A stretch of DNA of 61,588 bases, counting the filler, from Sphacelaria rigidula (lineage: Eukaryota), in NCBI GenBank assembly GCA_964200075.2. It is 9 parts of 9 records of this genome, joined end to end, with 100 filler letters (N's around TTAATTAATTAA, not from the genome) between each part and the next. Parts side by side here need not be neighbours in the genome. Positions count along the whole stretch, not along the records: positions 6,856 to 13,610 come from CAXNAA020018238.1; positions 13,711 to 20,465 come from CAXNAA020018239.1; positions 20,566 to 27,320 come from CAXNAA020018240.1; 6 more parts are not named here. The stretch is one strand, 5' to 3'. Of the stretch, positions 13,275-25,728 are shown piece after piece. The notes under the pieces were generated by a model. That model searched no databases. It saw only the letters and a list, made by a program, of their open reading frames with translations, and had not been told where the DNA came from. A program made the position numbers and the translations under genes. How positions within the stretch are numbered: the first letter of the stretch is position 1; each line of letters begins with the position of its first letter.

Positions 13275-13493
13275 CTGTAATGCGTGAGAGGACGGCGTGC
13301 TTAGACGACCGCATCAGAATTTGAACATCCCTATGGTTAGAGTCAGGGTTAGGGTTAGGGTTAGTGTTGGGGTTATAATCAGGGGCGTGGTACCTCCAGG
13401 GACTGACCCGATTGGTTTTGAAAAACGTCGATCCTGAGGTGTTTTGGACTACGGCGCGGTCCTCTAAGCACGCAGTCTTCTCACGCATTACAC
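13275..13493 (+). mobile_element. MITE with ~37-bp TIRs and internal TTAGGG repeats (copy 1)
   Basis: TGTAATGCGTGAGAGGACGGCGTGCTTAGACGACCGC ... GCGGTCCTCTAAGCACGCAGTCTTCTCACGCATTACA; internal AGGGTTAGGGTTAGGGTTAG; homologous to 31771-32000. Confidence 0.85.
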
Positions 13494-13893
13494 CCACGCA
13501 ACAAACAGGATGGGCGCGGCGCAATTACTACCTAACAACAAATTGTGCGAATTGAGGTTCAACTCCGAGATGAGGTTCAAGCCTAAAACGGTGCTTTCCC
13601 CACACTTTCANNNNNNNNNNNNNNNNNNNNNNNNNNNNNNNNNNNNNNNNNNNNTTAATTAATTAANNNNNNNNNNNNNNNNNNNNNNNNNNNNNNNNNN
13701 NNNNNNNNNNGCATATTTTCATAAGTCGTATTTTGGATGAGGTAAAGGGCTCCTAACAATTCTAACCTCAGAAAATATTTGTGTACCCCTACCGTAGCAT
13801 CACTCGCAAGCTCCTCCCTCCCTTGGGTACTTGTGATTTTTCTTTTCGTAGACAAAAGGAGGAAACCTAACCTAACACTTACCCCGCAAGCAG

Positions 13894-14053
13894 GTTCGTG
13901 TGCCATCAGGCTCGGCTAGACTGCCTCGCGGCAGACATGGGGGGCAGGCGCCTCGAGCGTTTGCAAGCATTGCTCAAGGCAGTGTATGGGGGTGGCGCTC
14001 ACGAAAACCCGCCATCAACTTGGCGCAATGCACACGCCGCCATGCTCTCATGA
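13894..14053 (+). CDS. Possible terminal exon of an unknown gene
   Basis: CTAAC branch-like motifs and a CAG acceptor at 13891-13893, then FVCHQARLDCLAADMGGRRLERLQALLKAVYGGGAHENPPSTWRNAHAAMLS*. No family recognised. Confidence 0.3.
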
Positions 14054-14107
14054 GCTTCGACCCGAGGGTGCGATCTGTTCTGCTACACCGCTGCGGGACT
14101 AACTGAT

Positions 14108-14425
14108 GTCGCGGTAATTTCCGTGCCCAGGTGGTTAATGGTCCGACTGTCGCCATGAGGGCGGAGATGTCTTGGGTTCGGTTCCCGCCAGATGATTCGG
14201 GTTTTTTCCTCCAAGTATCTGATTTTCACCGTCGACAGCGTGATGATGAGGACGTAGTTGATTTAGTTTGGTTGACGACAGTAGTTGACACGGTGCGGCA
14301 GTGCTGACCCAATCACCGAGACCGATATGCAAGGTGTTTCCCGGGGAGATATGGGTTAATCCCTTGATACCACCGAGTCGTCACGAGGAAGGGGAGGGGT
14401 TCAAAGTGCGACCAAAAAGAGAAAG
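14108..14425 (+). mobile_element. tRNA-headed SINE-like repeat
   Basis: Degenerate A box (TGCCCAGGTGG, 14124) and B box (GGTTCGGTTCCC, 14175). Its 3' part CGAGGAAGGGGAGGGGTTCAAAGTGCGA recurs on the minus strand at ~47810-47882, with a related body at ~53800-53960. Confidence 0.6.
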
Positions 14426-15895
14426 TGCTGACTGTGCCTAAGGTAGGGCTCATGTATGTTTGACGCAGGATGCAGGACTCTTACTATACTGTACAGTAAG
14501 TACATGCGGCGGTCATGAAGAAGAAAATCACCCTTCTTCCTCATCATTTATGGGTGAGATAAATAAGATGAAACTGAAATAGCTCAGTGCAGAACATTTC
14601 GACACTTGTATACAAACGTTTTTTTCCACACAAAATCCACCGTCACTTCACCAACCCCTTTCCCACGGGATTCTGATTTGAACCCTGTTTAATTCCACCA
14701 GTCTCGTGCCTAACCCTCACACTGTCCTGTAGGGGAGGAGCAGCATGCTTGGCTTGGGAGATTTCTTGCATGCATGTACTCGTATGACCATCATCCTAGA
14801 TAGCCCTTCCACTGTCGCAAGTGTCTGCCGAGGGCTCATGATGTTTTTACAAAATCTCCGAATGCGCACGGCTATATTCCTTGTTAGTGGTATATGAACT
14901 TGGGTCGACCTAGCAAAAACTCTAGACACGCTCACCAAAGCACAACACGGGAAACGACGACTAATGACTATTGCTGCCGCCGATGCATGAATTGTGCTCC
15001 AAAATTAATGTTGACGGGTCTGAACACCTGAGAGAAGTCAAATGTGACTTAATGCCGGCTCTTCTTCCCTGAGCAGCCCTGCAGTCCTGTTGTGTTGCTC
15101 TGTGCTGTGCTGTGCTGTGCCGTGCTACAGCCTGCGTGCCTATTGTTCCTCATGTTAGCGTACCTTTTGGCGGTGGAAAAGTGCACCTTCCCTCCCATCA
15201 GAGGTGAGCTTCGCCAGCATTGCAATCCACTACTGTCTGTACTGCACACGAAAAACAATGGTATGCTTAATGCACCCTTGTACAATATCCTACAACTATC
15301 CAGCATTTGTATCAAAGGTTTTGCTACATGCGGATTGATTGCAGCTTGCGACAGACTAGATTTGAAGACCCACACCCTCTGCTGAAGTGTTTCGTCAAGC
15401 CTACCTACATCAAGCCGGCTCAGTTACGCTGAAAGTGCCCTCGATGCAATACGTCGCCGTCGAGGTATCTCCAAAGCTCCGAGCATGCAGCAGTAATAGT
15501 CAGCTGTCTACTGTAAGTATACTGTTTAATGTATCGATTGTTGCGGCGGATCACATCACAAAACGCCGTCAGCAGTATCCGTATTCAGCAGCGGCTTACA
15601 TTTTTCGCCCCTGTCTCCATAGCTGCTACGGTGGCACTTGATAGCCCTACTCGTATGGCAGGCAGCACGCACTACTATCACGTCCCTCGAGTGGCAATCA
15701 GTTGTTAGGATACTGTCGATCCCGCCTCAGCCCCATCGTTTGCGTAATGGTTCCGCATTCATAGATGCTACATTTCGGAACATTTAACTGATCCTGGAGG
15801 GACCCAAACGTGGTCACAATACTGTGTACAAAGGGCTGCGAACTGGCAGCTCCGGCCAGTCAAGTTAAAACTGGCTGCGCCAGTGGCCAGTACGT

Positions 15896-15943
15896 CGATG
15901 TTTTTCCAGTCAAGCGGCAAGACGATTGACTGGAAAAACATCG
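15896..15943. repeat. Perfect 18-bp inverted repeat with 12-nt loop
   Basis: CGATGTTTTTCCAGTCAA-gcggcaagacga-TTGACTGGAAAAACATCG. Confidence 0.9.
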
Positions 15944-18002
15944 GCGGAGAGGGACGAGGGCGGGAGCCCCAACGCCCCCCTCCCCACTGGTGAGGGGGTC
16001 TCGTGGTAGCGCCGCCGGAGGCAGGGAAAATTGTGGTACTAGTATTTGGTTTGTTTTCCCTTCAAAAATGTGGATAGTTGTAAAAAATGTGAACCCTCAC
16101 ATTGAGGAGCGAAGAGGCTTAGATGACATCAACACCCCATCCAAAGCGGTAAGCGATTCGAAAATCATTCATCTGTAGGATGCAGCAGCAGAGACTCCCC
16201 GTGAGGGGAGGAGGATGGGAACAAGGAAGCCAAGGCTGGCAGCACGTGGGGATAAGAGCGCAAAGTTATTCACGTCCAGGCCGACAAACACGCATGTAGC
16301 TGAATAGCGAGCCACTGTGTGTTTTTTATTTTGTGGCCGCGGGTTCCCGTTTGTTATTTTTGTTTTCGGATGTTGTGCAATGAAACGACAAACCTTGGCA
16401 ATATATCCGCTATATCACTTCTTCGAGATGTAGTGTGCATGTGCTGCACCGTGTTCAAAACGCTCTCCATCATGCAATCGGCAATTAATTGGGGTTTGGC
16501 GCTCGGTAGTCCCGCATCAAGCGTCCCGCCGTGATGAATTCACAACTCCTTTTTCTCTCTTAAGTTTCCTCATTGAACGGACCAGCGGTCGACCTCCACG
16601 CTATGGCCGAAAAAAAGGGGAAACTGCTGAAGCATGAGGTACCAACGAAGCAGACGGGAGAAAAAAAGGCAGAAAACACTCAAAGTAGTCAGCTAGTGAC
16701 TGGCCCAGGGCAAACCCGTTTTTCATGTGCTATGGTTTTACCACGGAACGCCAGATCTATGCTGTACAAGTCGACCCAAGCACGAAAGACGAAGCATGAA
16801 GCTGTGTAGCGCTGCGTCACGCCTCGTTGACCCAAACAATTTCCGTCGACGCCTTCTAAGCGCCTTCAGTCTCAATTTGAAACCCCATATTCCTCTGCAA
16901 CTGTAAAGTGGAGGCTTCAATTGTATAGTCAAGTGGTATATAATGGTGTAAACATCTTCGTTATAAAATCACCATACCAAAAATGGTATAACGATAGCCG
17001 GTAACGGCAAACCGCGAATAAAGTGGATAAACTCTTGCCCCCGTTCCAAATCATCTCCAGTTCCAGTTTCATCGACAGGATAAGCTGGTCCAGTATACAG
17101 CCCTGAAATTATATTTACCGAGGTGAAAAAAACGGAAACGACAATACACAGATGGGCCCGGCATTGTCGACACGATCGGCGTTGTAAACTGTGGAGGGAT
17201 CGCCTTCGACACGACGTTGTTCTGTACCGTACAGCGCAGCATACCACAGTACAGTCAGTGGGGCGCAGTACTCGTACAAAGCGGTGCTTGTATAGTAGCA
17301 CAAGGGTAGAGAGTGCGTCATGGGACCCCGTCTTATCGAGACAAAGACATGAGAAGGCAACTGTGAGAATGAGTATGTCGATTCAACTTATTTCGATCAT
17401 TTTGATTGGTGGAGCGTTGGTGCTCTCCTCCCATCGCCCTCGAAACCATTCTCATAAATAAAAACAAGAGTCATCATTGCATTGATTGTTGCACACATCA
17501 GACAGCTTATGAGCTATTACTGTATACCTCAACCAACCAATTGAGGACGACTCTAAGATTCGTTGTCCAGGATTACAAAATTGGTGATGGTGGGGTCCGA
17601 GAAGCGGCAGCGCTACCCTTAGCGCTATTCCGCATGTCCGGCGTCCAGCGCTGTAGGGGGGAAAAATATGGGGAAAAGGGGGCCTATATGAGCGAGCTCA
17701 TGATCCGGATCAGTACACGAAGAAGAAGCAATACTTCCGTGGCTCATGAGCTGTCCGACATGTAGATTGTTGTAAGAACGGAGGAACATCCCGATGAGAA
17801 AGCGAAAGGCAACGTTATGTAATAATAATATTAATATGAATGAAAAACGTTGAATAGTTGTCACGCATGGGCTGTTGGGCTCATGATCACACGTTGAACC
17901 ATACACACACACACGAGGTGCACCGGAGAAAACAGAGACGTGTTACGCGTATCTCTCGGCACTTCGCCGAGTGAGCAAGCATGGAATCATGAGCGGGTAG
18001 TA

Positions 18003-18645
18003 CCGGGAGGGATTCCCAGTAGGGCGGTAATCACGCGCAAGATGCCTCGGTGTTGTTGTCGCATGGTCGAACCGCGGACCGTCTCTCGTACGAGGAATAG
18101 AAGCAGCGGCAGCGGCAGCTGCGCCACCAGCACCTGTGTACGGTTGAGGATGGGGCTGAATCAGCGAGGCGACCTGGAGTTTCGGTCGTATATCTATGGC
18201 TAAATTTTTGGAACAAACTAACAATAACGCTAACCCTAACCTTAACCCCGACCCAAGGCATACGAGAACCTCGGACAAGGGGGGTACATACGTTCTCCTA
18301 GGCATGGTGTGCGTTGGCAGACCTGAAATCGACACCGCAGGCGCCGAGTTCGACAAAAACACGTTAGGGACGAGCTGGGTCCACTGCTCACCTGCCCCAA
18401 ACCATAAAATTGCTCAGAACGTTCTCAATTCTGAAATCAAGTAGTCATGTTGTCAACCATAGATATACGACCAAAGCTCTAGGTCTACTGGAATCAGCCG
18501 TCGCCGACACTGTTGCTTCTGCTGCTGCTGCTGCTGCTACTGCTGCTTATCTGTCTTGTGCGAGAGACGGCCCGCGTTCCGACCATAAGATAACACCGAC
18601 GCATCATGCGCACGATCACCACCCTGCTGGGAATTCCCTGCTCTG
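18003..18645. mobile_element. Foldback/MITE-like element with ~200-bp diverged inverted arms and telomere-like repeats in the spacer
   Basis: 18003-18200 is an inverted copy of 18455-18645 (inner ends GGTCGTATATCTATGG / CCATAGATATACGACC). The spacer carries CTAACCCTAACCTTAACCCC. Confidence 0.75.
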
Positions 18646-21118
18646 TTCGCGTGTTGTTACCACGTCATCATCTTCTTTGGAAGAAAAGGCGGCTGTTTTC
18701 TCTTGATTGTGGGATTTTGAACCGTCATATCATCCTCGTTTTCATACCTGCACCATTGTATTGTTATTTTTGTGTCGACAGCACGGGGCCGAACGACGTT
18801 TTAGGCATCTGTAGAACTGTACTGCCGTGTCCACCACGATTCTGTGGACAAAAACATCTCGGCGTGTACTTAGAGCCGCTCTTAACAATGCCAGAAAAGT
18901 ATAATTTTACCTGTGTTGCAATTTGAGAAAATACTGACGATACAAGCAACTGTTGTATCATGCAACAGTCGAAAACTTCAGGCTTTTTTGGCCTCGGGGC
19001 CAAATTGAGGAGTAGGCAAATGACATCCCTCAAACCACACAATTTATTATTTTTATTATCACCGAACAATATTCCGATCTCTCGAACCCGTGTTGTCAGA
19101 CACAGACTCGTCTTACTCATACCGTCTCTACTGTTATTCCTTGCAAGACATGGAGTTCTCTTCATTTTTTCCGAGACTCCGGACTAAATACAAAAAACAG
19201 AAAAATCAACCAAAATATTACCAAAATGAAAATATGAAGAGAGACAAAAGTACACCTCCACATTTTATGGTATAGCCTCGATTGCGCTACTTACTCTATC
19301 CTGCACAACCACGACATTGATGGAAATTTTTCATCATCGTTGGACACTGTGGCAGGAAATCGCCTATAGCGGTCGATGCTGCGAAGTTTAGGCGAGGCAA
19401 CCAAAATGGAAAGAATATCATTTTCGAGCGACAAAATATGGATGTGTCCGCCATAAGTTCGTGTGCCGGAACTTCACCGCTCATACTCAACACAAGAATC
19501 GCCTCCTTCCTGCCTCTCTTCTGGACAGGACGTATCTGCATGTGCTACAGAACACATTGAATCCAGGGCGATTTTTTCCACCATCACTACCGCTCACGTA
19601 TGCGAGTAATTAGGATCATGCAGGGATCCTGCTTGGCGTCGATCCCCGGGATGTTTTCTTGCGTATATTGCCTACTTCTTTGCGCAGAATTTAGGCAACT
19701 CTGTTGGCCACACGAGACAATCCTCGAAGAAACATAGTGATATAGTTGTATGATGCCTGAGATGTCTGCGGTGTTGTGAGAGATTCGTCGAATGCCTCGG
19801 TCGTGCAGTTTCGCGGTGCCAGCCATGAAAGCAACAGCAGTGCAGTTTTACCGGCAGCGCGGACTGTTTTTGTTCACCTCCCTAACAGCCATACACTCGA
19901 CTAATGCCGCGATAGCCGCTCGCAAAAAAGTGGCTAGTTTAAGGAGGCGAAATCTGCATGCGAATGGAAATGACCATAGCCAAGCACATCAAGCAACTGG
20001 GAACTCCCATGGTTGGGATCGTTTTCGCCAATGTCGCCCACGTGAGGCGCGCCTTGCAGTCTGAAAGCAGCTGATCATCTGCTGTATGGCCATTTTCTTT
20101 GTAACGCTTTTAGGTCTGATTTGGCATCACTCGCTTACTGACTGTACAGGTGCTTCGTGGGAGGGGTTGTTTATACATCTCTCTAAAACCCATATAATTA
20201 CTGGAACTCGAAAATGGTACCAGTTATAACTGGGCATTATCATTATAATGGTAATGATGATGATGGTTACATGAAAAAATTGGATAATGGTTTCAAACCA
20301 TTATTTACCATCACCGGCTTTATAAGCCGGTATAAGCCGTTACCGGCTACGTATGCTACATACAGCCCTTGAAATTACCTCAAATTTGATGTAGTTTTCA
20401 GCTCCTGTGAAGCCAATTCGCTTACAAACGTGCCTCCGGCACGGAGCCTCCAGCGCCCCCTCCCCNNNNNNNNNNNNNNNNNNNNNNNNNNNNNNNNNNN
20501 NNNNNNNNNTTAATTAATTAANNNNNNNNNNNNNNNNNNNNNNNNNNNNNNNNNNNNNNNNNNNNCCTACAATGTCCCCTAGCTCGACTCTGTACACGAG
20601 TCACCCTACCCATCCGGGCGTCGGTCCTCAATCCTAGTATCGAGGTGTGAGTTCCTAAAAAGGATCACGACCATCTTGCACATCTGTGCTTCGCAATTTC
20701 CAATTACTTTTATTCATGTCTGCATCCCAAGAATATTTTGTGATATCCCTACGCCAAGTTATGTACACTGGTCCACGACCGGCAACTTCGACTTCTCCCC
20801 ACCTCCATTTGAAGTCTACCGGGTTGTTGTTCTCTTCGTCACATAACAGTACCGTGCATTTCTTGAACGTTCGCTGACACACTCCACTTCCTAGTGTAGT
20901 GTAGTGCCTTCTCTGTTTACTTCTGCAACGCTGGTGGTGCTCTGGATATGCCGACGAAGTCATCCGCAAACATCAACTCTGATGACGGATCTTCCCACAT
21001 CTTGCTTCCTTGCATTGTTGCTTGTATTGCCCCCATCATGCCATTAACAAATACCTTAGATAAAGTGGGTGATAATGAACATCCTTGTGCGACTCCTTGT
21101 GAAAATACCAAAATATTT

Positions 21119-21271
21119 CACGCCTTGGACAATATATGGTCAATAGTTGCAATAGACAATGAAAGTACTGCAAAAAGTATGGGCCTATTGCGACTATTGC
21201 AATAGACATATACGTTATGCAGTACAATTCTCATATATTGCATCCATTGACCATATATTGTCCAGAGCGTG
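21119..21271. mobile_element. 153-bp MITE with 8-bp TSD (AAATATTT)
   Basis: CACGCCTTGGACAATATATGGTCAAT ... ATTGACCATATATTGTCCAGAGCGTG, flanked by AAATATTT at 21111-21118 and 21272-21279. The paralogous LINE at ~31675 shows the uninterrupted site. Confidence 0.85.
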
Positions 21272-21631
21272 AAATATTTCGATACTTCCCATTTAGCATC
21301 ATGACACTTGCCGCACATCATGCCTGTTTTTTCACCATTCTCCACATATTTCCTCTGATCCCAGTTCCCCACATCTTTCAACAGCCCATTTCTCCATACT
21401 GTGTCATAGACCTTCTGATGTCTAAAACAAATCAGTACTTCTTAGCCCCGCCTTTTCCTACCTTGCATAATCTTACCGAATATGTACACATGGTATACGC
21501 AGCTACGGTTTGATCTAAAGCCTGCTTGCCCCTCGCTTTTTTTTTCTTTTTTCTCCAGCATCGTTCCCACCCTATCGTTCAAAACCCTACACAACGTTTT
21601 TCCTAGAGTGCTGAGTAGCGTTATCCCTCTA

Positions 21632-22562
21632 TGAGCTGGGCCGGCTATTGGTGATTTTGAAACGAAGAATGGAGATGCTTTTGGCAATTCGAAGAGTCAG
21701 GCGCTGAAATTTTGACACGACGTTTTCATCACCAATCTGCGCAACCCTGTGAGGGGTGCAGTGGGAAAAAAACAACAACAACGAAAGTTGGAGCGAGTTG
21801 AAGTTTCAGCAAAAACAGGAAAAATGCTATAACTTCCTCAAAAATCGATAAAAACGATGACAATGCTGCGGCACATACGGGCACTCGCGTCAACCACATC
21901 CTTGTAAATTTTCAACCAAAAATACGTAAAATTGGGCTTCGCGTGGCACTTTTTGTGTGACCCCGGCGGTCAAACTGATACAACAACCTCAAATGACACC
22001 GGTCACGAGTTCCAATCCCAACACGACAAAAACGTTTTTGTGTGCATGCTAATCGTGCATACTCTCTCGTACCACCTCTGAGTTGCAAAGAGTCTCGATA
22101 TTTTGGTGGTGGTCTTGCTTTGGGGGGGGGGGGGTATAGCGCAGCTTCAAGTAGTACTTCTCCCCCGTGCGGCGACATACAACAGTTGGCTCGGAAGTTC
22201 TCTCCCATTATGGAGCTTATGACGAGCTTGATACCATCTTGCAGCACGACCAAAGCGCTCTTGCCTGGGCATGTCAGGTGTGCGTGTGTCTGTGCGGTGC
22301 AACGGTCTATCGTAATTCCACCGCATTGTGTGAAACGAAACGTCTACAGAAACGCTGTCGCAAAAAGAATTGGGACGTACTCGGTACTCAATGCAGTACA
22401 ATAACATCATCACCAATAGTGCACCAATCGAGCAGCGGCGGTACCTCACGCTACCAGGGTAGTCTGCAGTTCACAGCGATATGCTCAGGTCGTGTTGATT
22501 TGGGAAACTTGAAGAGTTGTGGTGACGACAAATAATGCTGGGTTTACAGCCGGCCCAGCTCA
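21632..22562. mobile_element. 931-bp non-autonomous DNA transposon, 15-bp perfect TIR, TA TSD (Tc1/mariner-like)
   Basis: TA|TGAGCTGGGCCGGCT ... AGCCGGCCCAGCTCA|TA. Removing it and one TA restores LINE codons G-N-Y-R-G-I-T on the minus strand. Confidence 0.85.
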
Positions 22563-23541
22563 TATAATTTCCTGGGTCATCCTTGTCTACTCTCTAAAAA
22601 AAGTTTAGTACGCCTCCTTCTTCCCAACTCTTGGGTGTGTACTCGTTTCTCCAGATTCAATCATTACCATCATGGTAATCATTTCCTCCCATCCGTACTT
22701 TATAGAGGGGAAAATGTGGGAACCAAACGAATGTGATATGAATCGTTCGGTACATTAGATGCTAACAAGATAACGGTCGCTATGCTAGGAGATGTATAGA
22801 GGTCAAAGACGGCGAAGCAGGAAGGGGATACGATAGGTGAAAGTTTTTTTGTGTGATGCATGGGAAAAACGTACTGAACGCCCAAATTTTGGTCACATGA
22901 CTAAGGCAAGCAACAAATGAGTACGCCCCCCCTCCGTACTTGATGAATATATTCACTATTTCGTCGACATACACGTAAATTGTCTCGCTGCGCCAAACTC
23001 CTCTGAAAAACTGAAAAGTCTTATAAATAGATGTTTTACTTTTTCGGTTACCACTGTAGTTTCAGTCAGTAAAATACGAATGGTGTTGGCTCATATTTTC
23101 TGTCGTATGAAGAATGGCTGCCTCCCTTTTCCAGCAAATCATAAATCACCATCAAACCCACCAGCACACCATCAAGTATCAAAAGTGGTGATATCATGCG
23201 TGGTGGGAAAGCGCTTGAAAAAAAATATACAAGTATATATGTTAAAAATTCGCGCATTGTACCCAGACTGCGGTCTCCCACAAAGCGAGGAGATCCAGAT
23301 TCGGGGGCAGGCGAAGGCAGGCCAGCGGTGGAAAATAAAATCAACAAGACGAGGGCGGCGGGAAAAAATGGTGCAAAAACCATGTTGTTGTTGTTGTCTT
23401 CACATTAAAGATCGTTCCGATAGCTGCGCAGTACTACTCCTTAATGGGCATCTCATGCGGGCGCCTTCCGTGGTCACAGGTCAACTGCCCGATATAAGAT
23501 CTGATATAATACAAATTTATATACACATACATATATGTCAC

Positions 23542-25493
23542 CTGTATGATCGCCTGACCGCCTTTCCCATCCTCCTTCATTTGGCGGATATCATCCTCTG
23601 TCAATTTTTGGGCCGTGTTAGTGTCGGTGAAGTGTCGGTTGTCTTGGGGTCTCACATCGGTAGCCATGGCTGCTGAAACCTGCTCCACCATCCCTGCGAG
23701 TCCCCCCCCCCCCCCCCCGCGCGCGCGCCGGGAAAGAACGGAGATGATGCAGTGATGCATTTGACGTTGCCCACACAGAACAAAGAAGAAAGCACATGGA
23801 AATAAAATATGAGATACAAGAACAGGATTCTACTGTTTTCCTTCGTATCGCTCCCCTCCCACTTATACCCATCTCCCCACATTTTTGGAGGGTGCACACA
23901 TTTTCCTAGCTGGTTCGAATCCCGACGACGTGTATATGAATATATGTATTTTGCCGGTCGCCCCGGTGGCTCAGTTGGTGACCTCGAAACCTTCTGACGG
24001 TTGGGTCGTGGGATCGAATCTCGGTGCAGTTACACAATCTGGGATTTTTTCTAACACCATGCCTAACAGTGGAGAGCGACTATGTCGTGGTATACAAAAT
24101 TCGACTTCACAGTCGACGAGGGAAAGGGAGTACTAAACCCCTCTCGTGTCGTGATAAAAAAAAAGGTGAGCACCGCAAAAGAAAAGTGAAATACTTGAAC
24201 AAAAGACAACAGAGAAAAACTCCTGTGTTAGCCTTCCTCCCATGTGACCCCGGCTGATGCGCCCACAAACACCGAGAGGTGTAGACTGGCGTTCAGAATA
24301 GATGGGATGTCAACTGGTGGGTCAGTTAAAGTGCGACAATCAATTAATCAATCGAAACCGCACTTATTTCCTTTTTCTTCTTTGCTCTCCTCAGTTTTTC
24401 CCCCTCTCGTATCTCATTCGTCGTTGTCCTAGACGAGCGAGAAGGATATTTGTAGGCGAAAGACTGTACTGCGTACAGCGTTCGATGAAGTTGCATGGAT
24501 CGCAAAGGTGATGCTCAATACCACCACCGCTCGAAGAATTTTTTTTATCCAAGCATCAAGGGAGACGAGGATAAATATATCCTCTTCAGCCCATGGAGTC
24601 ATCCCAGGAAGGTATCGGCGGACTTCGAGTACGACAAAAAAAACGGGACTTGGACACCATTTTCTCTCTATTTTTGGGCGTGAACTGCACACAACCAAAA
24701 TATGAATGTTTTTTAAAATAGCAAAGAGAGCACGGGTTGGCGGCAAAATAGTTCCCGGAGAAAAACATTAGCACTCGAAACGCACAGGCGACCAGTTTCG
24801 CCGATAAAATACTAGTATAGGAATAGCAGGGACAGTATTGGAAAGGCGAGCCTACGTCTGTGACCACGGCTTCGCGAGATCGGACTAATGTGCGGAAATA
24901 AGAATGATAATAAAAATGATAATAATAGCACGTCGGGTTTGTCTAGCGTATAGTTAAGTCGGACTTCTCAAGCTTTTTTCTTCTGGAATAGGAACGTAGA
25001 CAGTCGTCGGCCATTGCTCCCCGGGACCAACCGCGGATAGATAGTTTTGGCGCCTAGGGCAAACGGAAAGCTCACGCTGCAATATCTCTGTTGTTATTGT
25101 TGCATAATTGCTGCTGTCGTTACAGCATGCGTGGGCGGATCGGACCATGCGAGCATCGTGCGGATTTGATGCAACGATTTGATTGACTGTCACACACGAT
25201 TCGCCGGGAATTCATTTTCCAGCGGTGGTCAAAAGATACACATTGGACGTGCGTACCCAAGGTGAAGAAGAAAAGAAACAGAAACGTTCCTTGAAAAATA
25301 ATTAAATTCTAAAAAAAGAAAGGAAATATGAACAGAGGAATCAAATGAAAAAAAAAAAGTGACTGACGGGACGGATCCCTTCGACGCACAGCTGTTGTGG
25401 AATAAGACTATAAGTGGTGAATGTACGTCGGGGTGGGTGGTGACACGATTTTCCGCTGGTGATGGAAGTCTCGGTGTGCACCAAAACGTTATG

Positions 25494-25526
<33 letters not shown>

Positions 25527-25728
25527 ACTGCTGCTTGTTTTATTGTTTCTTCATCGTTGCCGGGTGCCGGGCTTGTGTGTTGTTTGCTTACCCGGAGGTT
25601 CTTCGTCAGCTTGCACCAGCTCGCCGTCTACGCGGACCAGGCTGTTGCCGTCCACCTCGAAAACAGCGCCGAACGGAGCACCCACGAGAACGCCCATTCC
25701 GCAGCTCGTCTTGCCGATCATTACATTT
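23542..25728 (-). CDS. TRM6: tRNA m1A58 methyltransferase non-catalytic subunit (TRM6/Gcd10), two internal exons 25728-25592 and 23672-23542
   Basis: Spliced NVMIGKTSCGMGVLVGAPFGAVFEVDG...-AAMATDVRPQDNRHFTDTNTAQKLTEDDIRQMKEDGKGGQAIIQ matches the Gcd10 N-terminal signature (GxPxGxxFE; DNRxxxDxxxxQKLTxxDIxxxK). Splice phases are compatible. Confidence 0.85.
23957..24320 (+). mobile_element. tRNA-headed SINE-like repeat in the TRM6 intron
   Basis: A box TGGCTCAGTTGG (23967) and B box-like GGATCGAATCT (24011). The body GTCGACGAGGGAAAGGGAGT...TGTGACCCCGGCT...AGGTGTAG is repeated at 26930-27136. Confidence 0.7.
25495..25526. repeat. (TTG)n microsatellite
   Basis: About 10 direct TTG units. Confidence 0.95.

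Larger units (their letters stand above)
20680..22702 (-). mobile_element. Decayed non-LTR retrotransposon (LINE) RT region, interrupted by two insertions
   Basis: GNYRGITLLSTLGKTLCRVLNDR, EGQAGFRSNRSC, GVAQGCSLSPTL and MFADDFVGIS motifs with stops and frameshifts. Confidence 0.9.

Noticed and set aside
23957..24030. tRNA gene (also 14108-14190)
   Set aside because: A/B boxes are present but no complete cloverleaf can be drawn, and each continues into a dispersed repeat body, so a SINE head is more likely.
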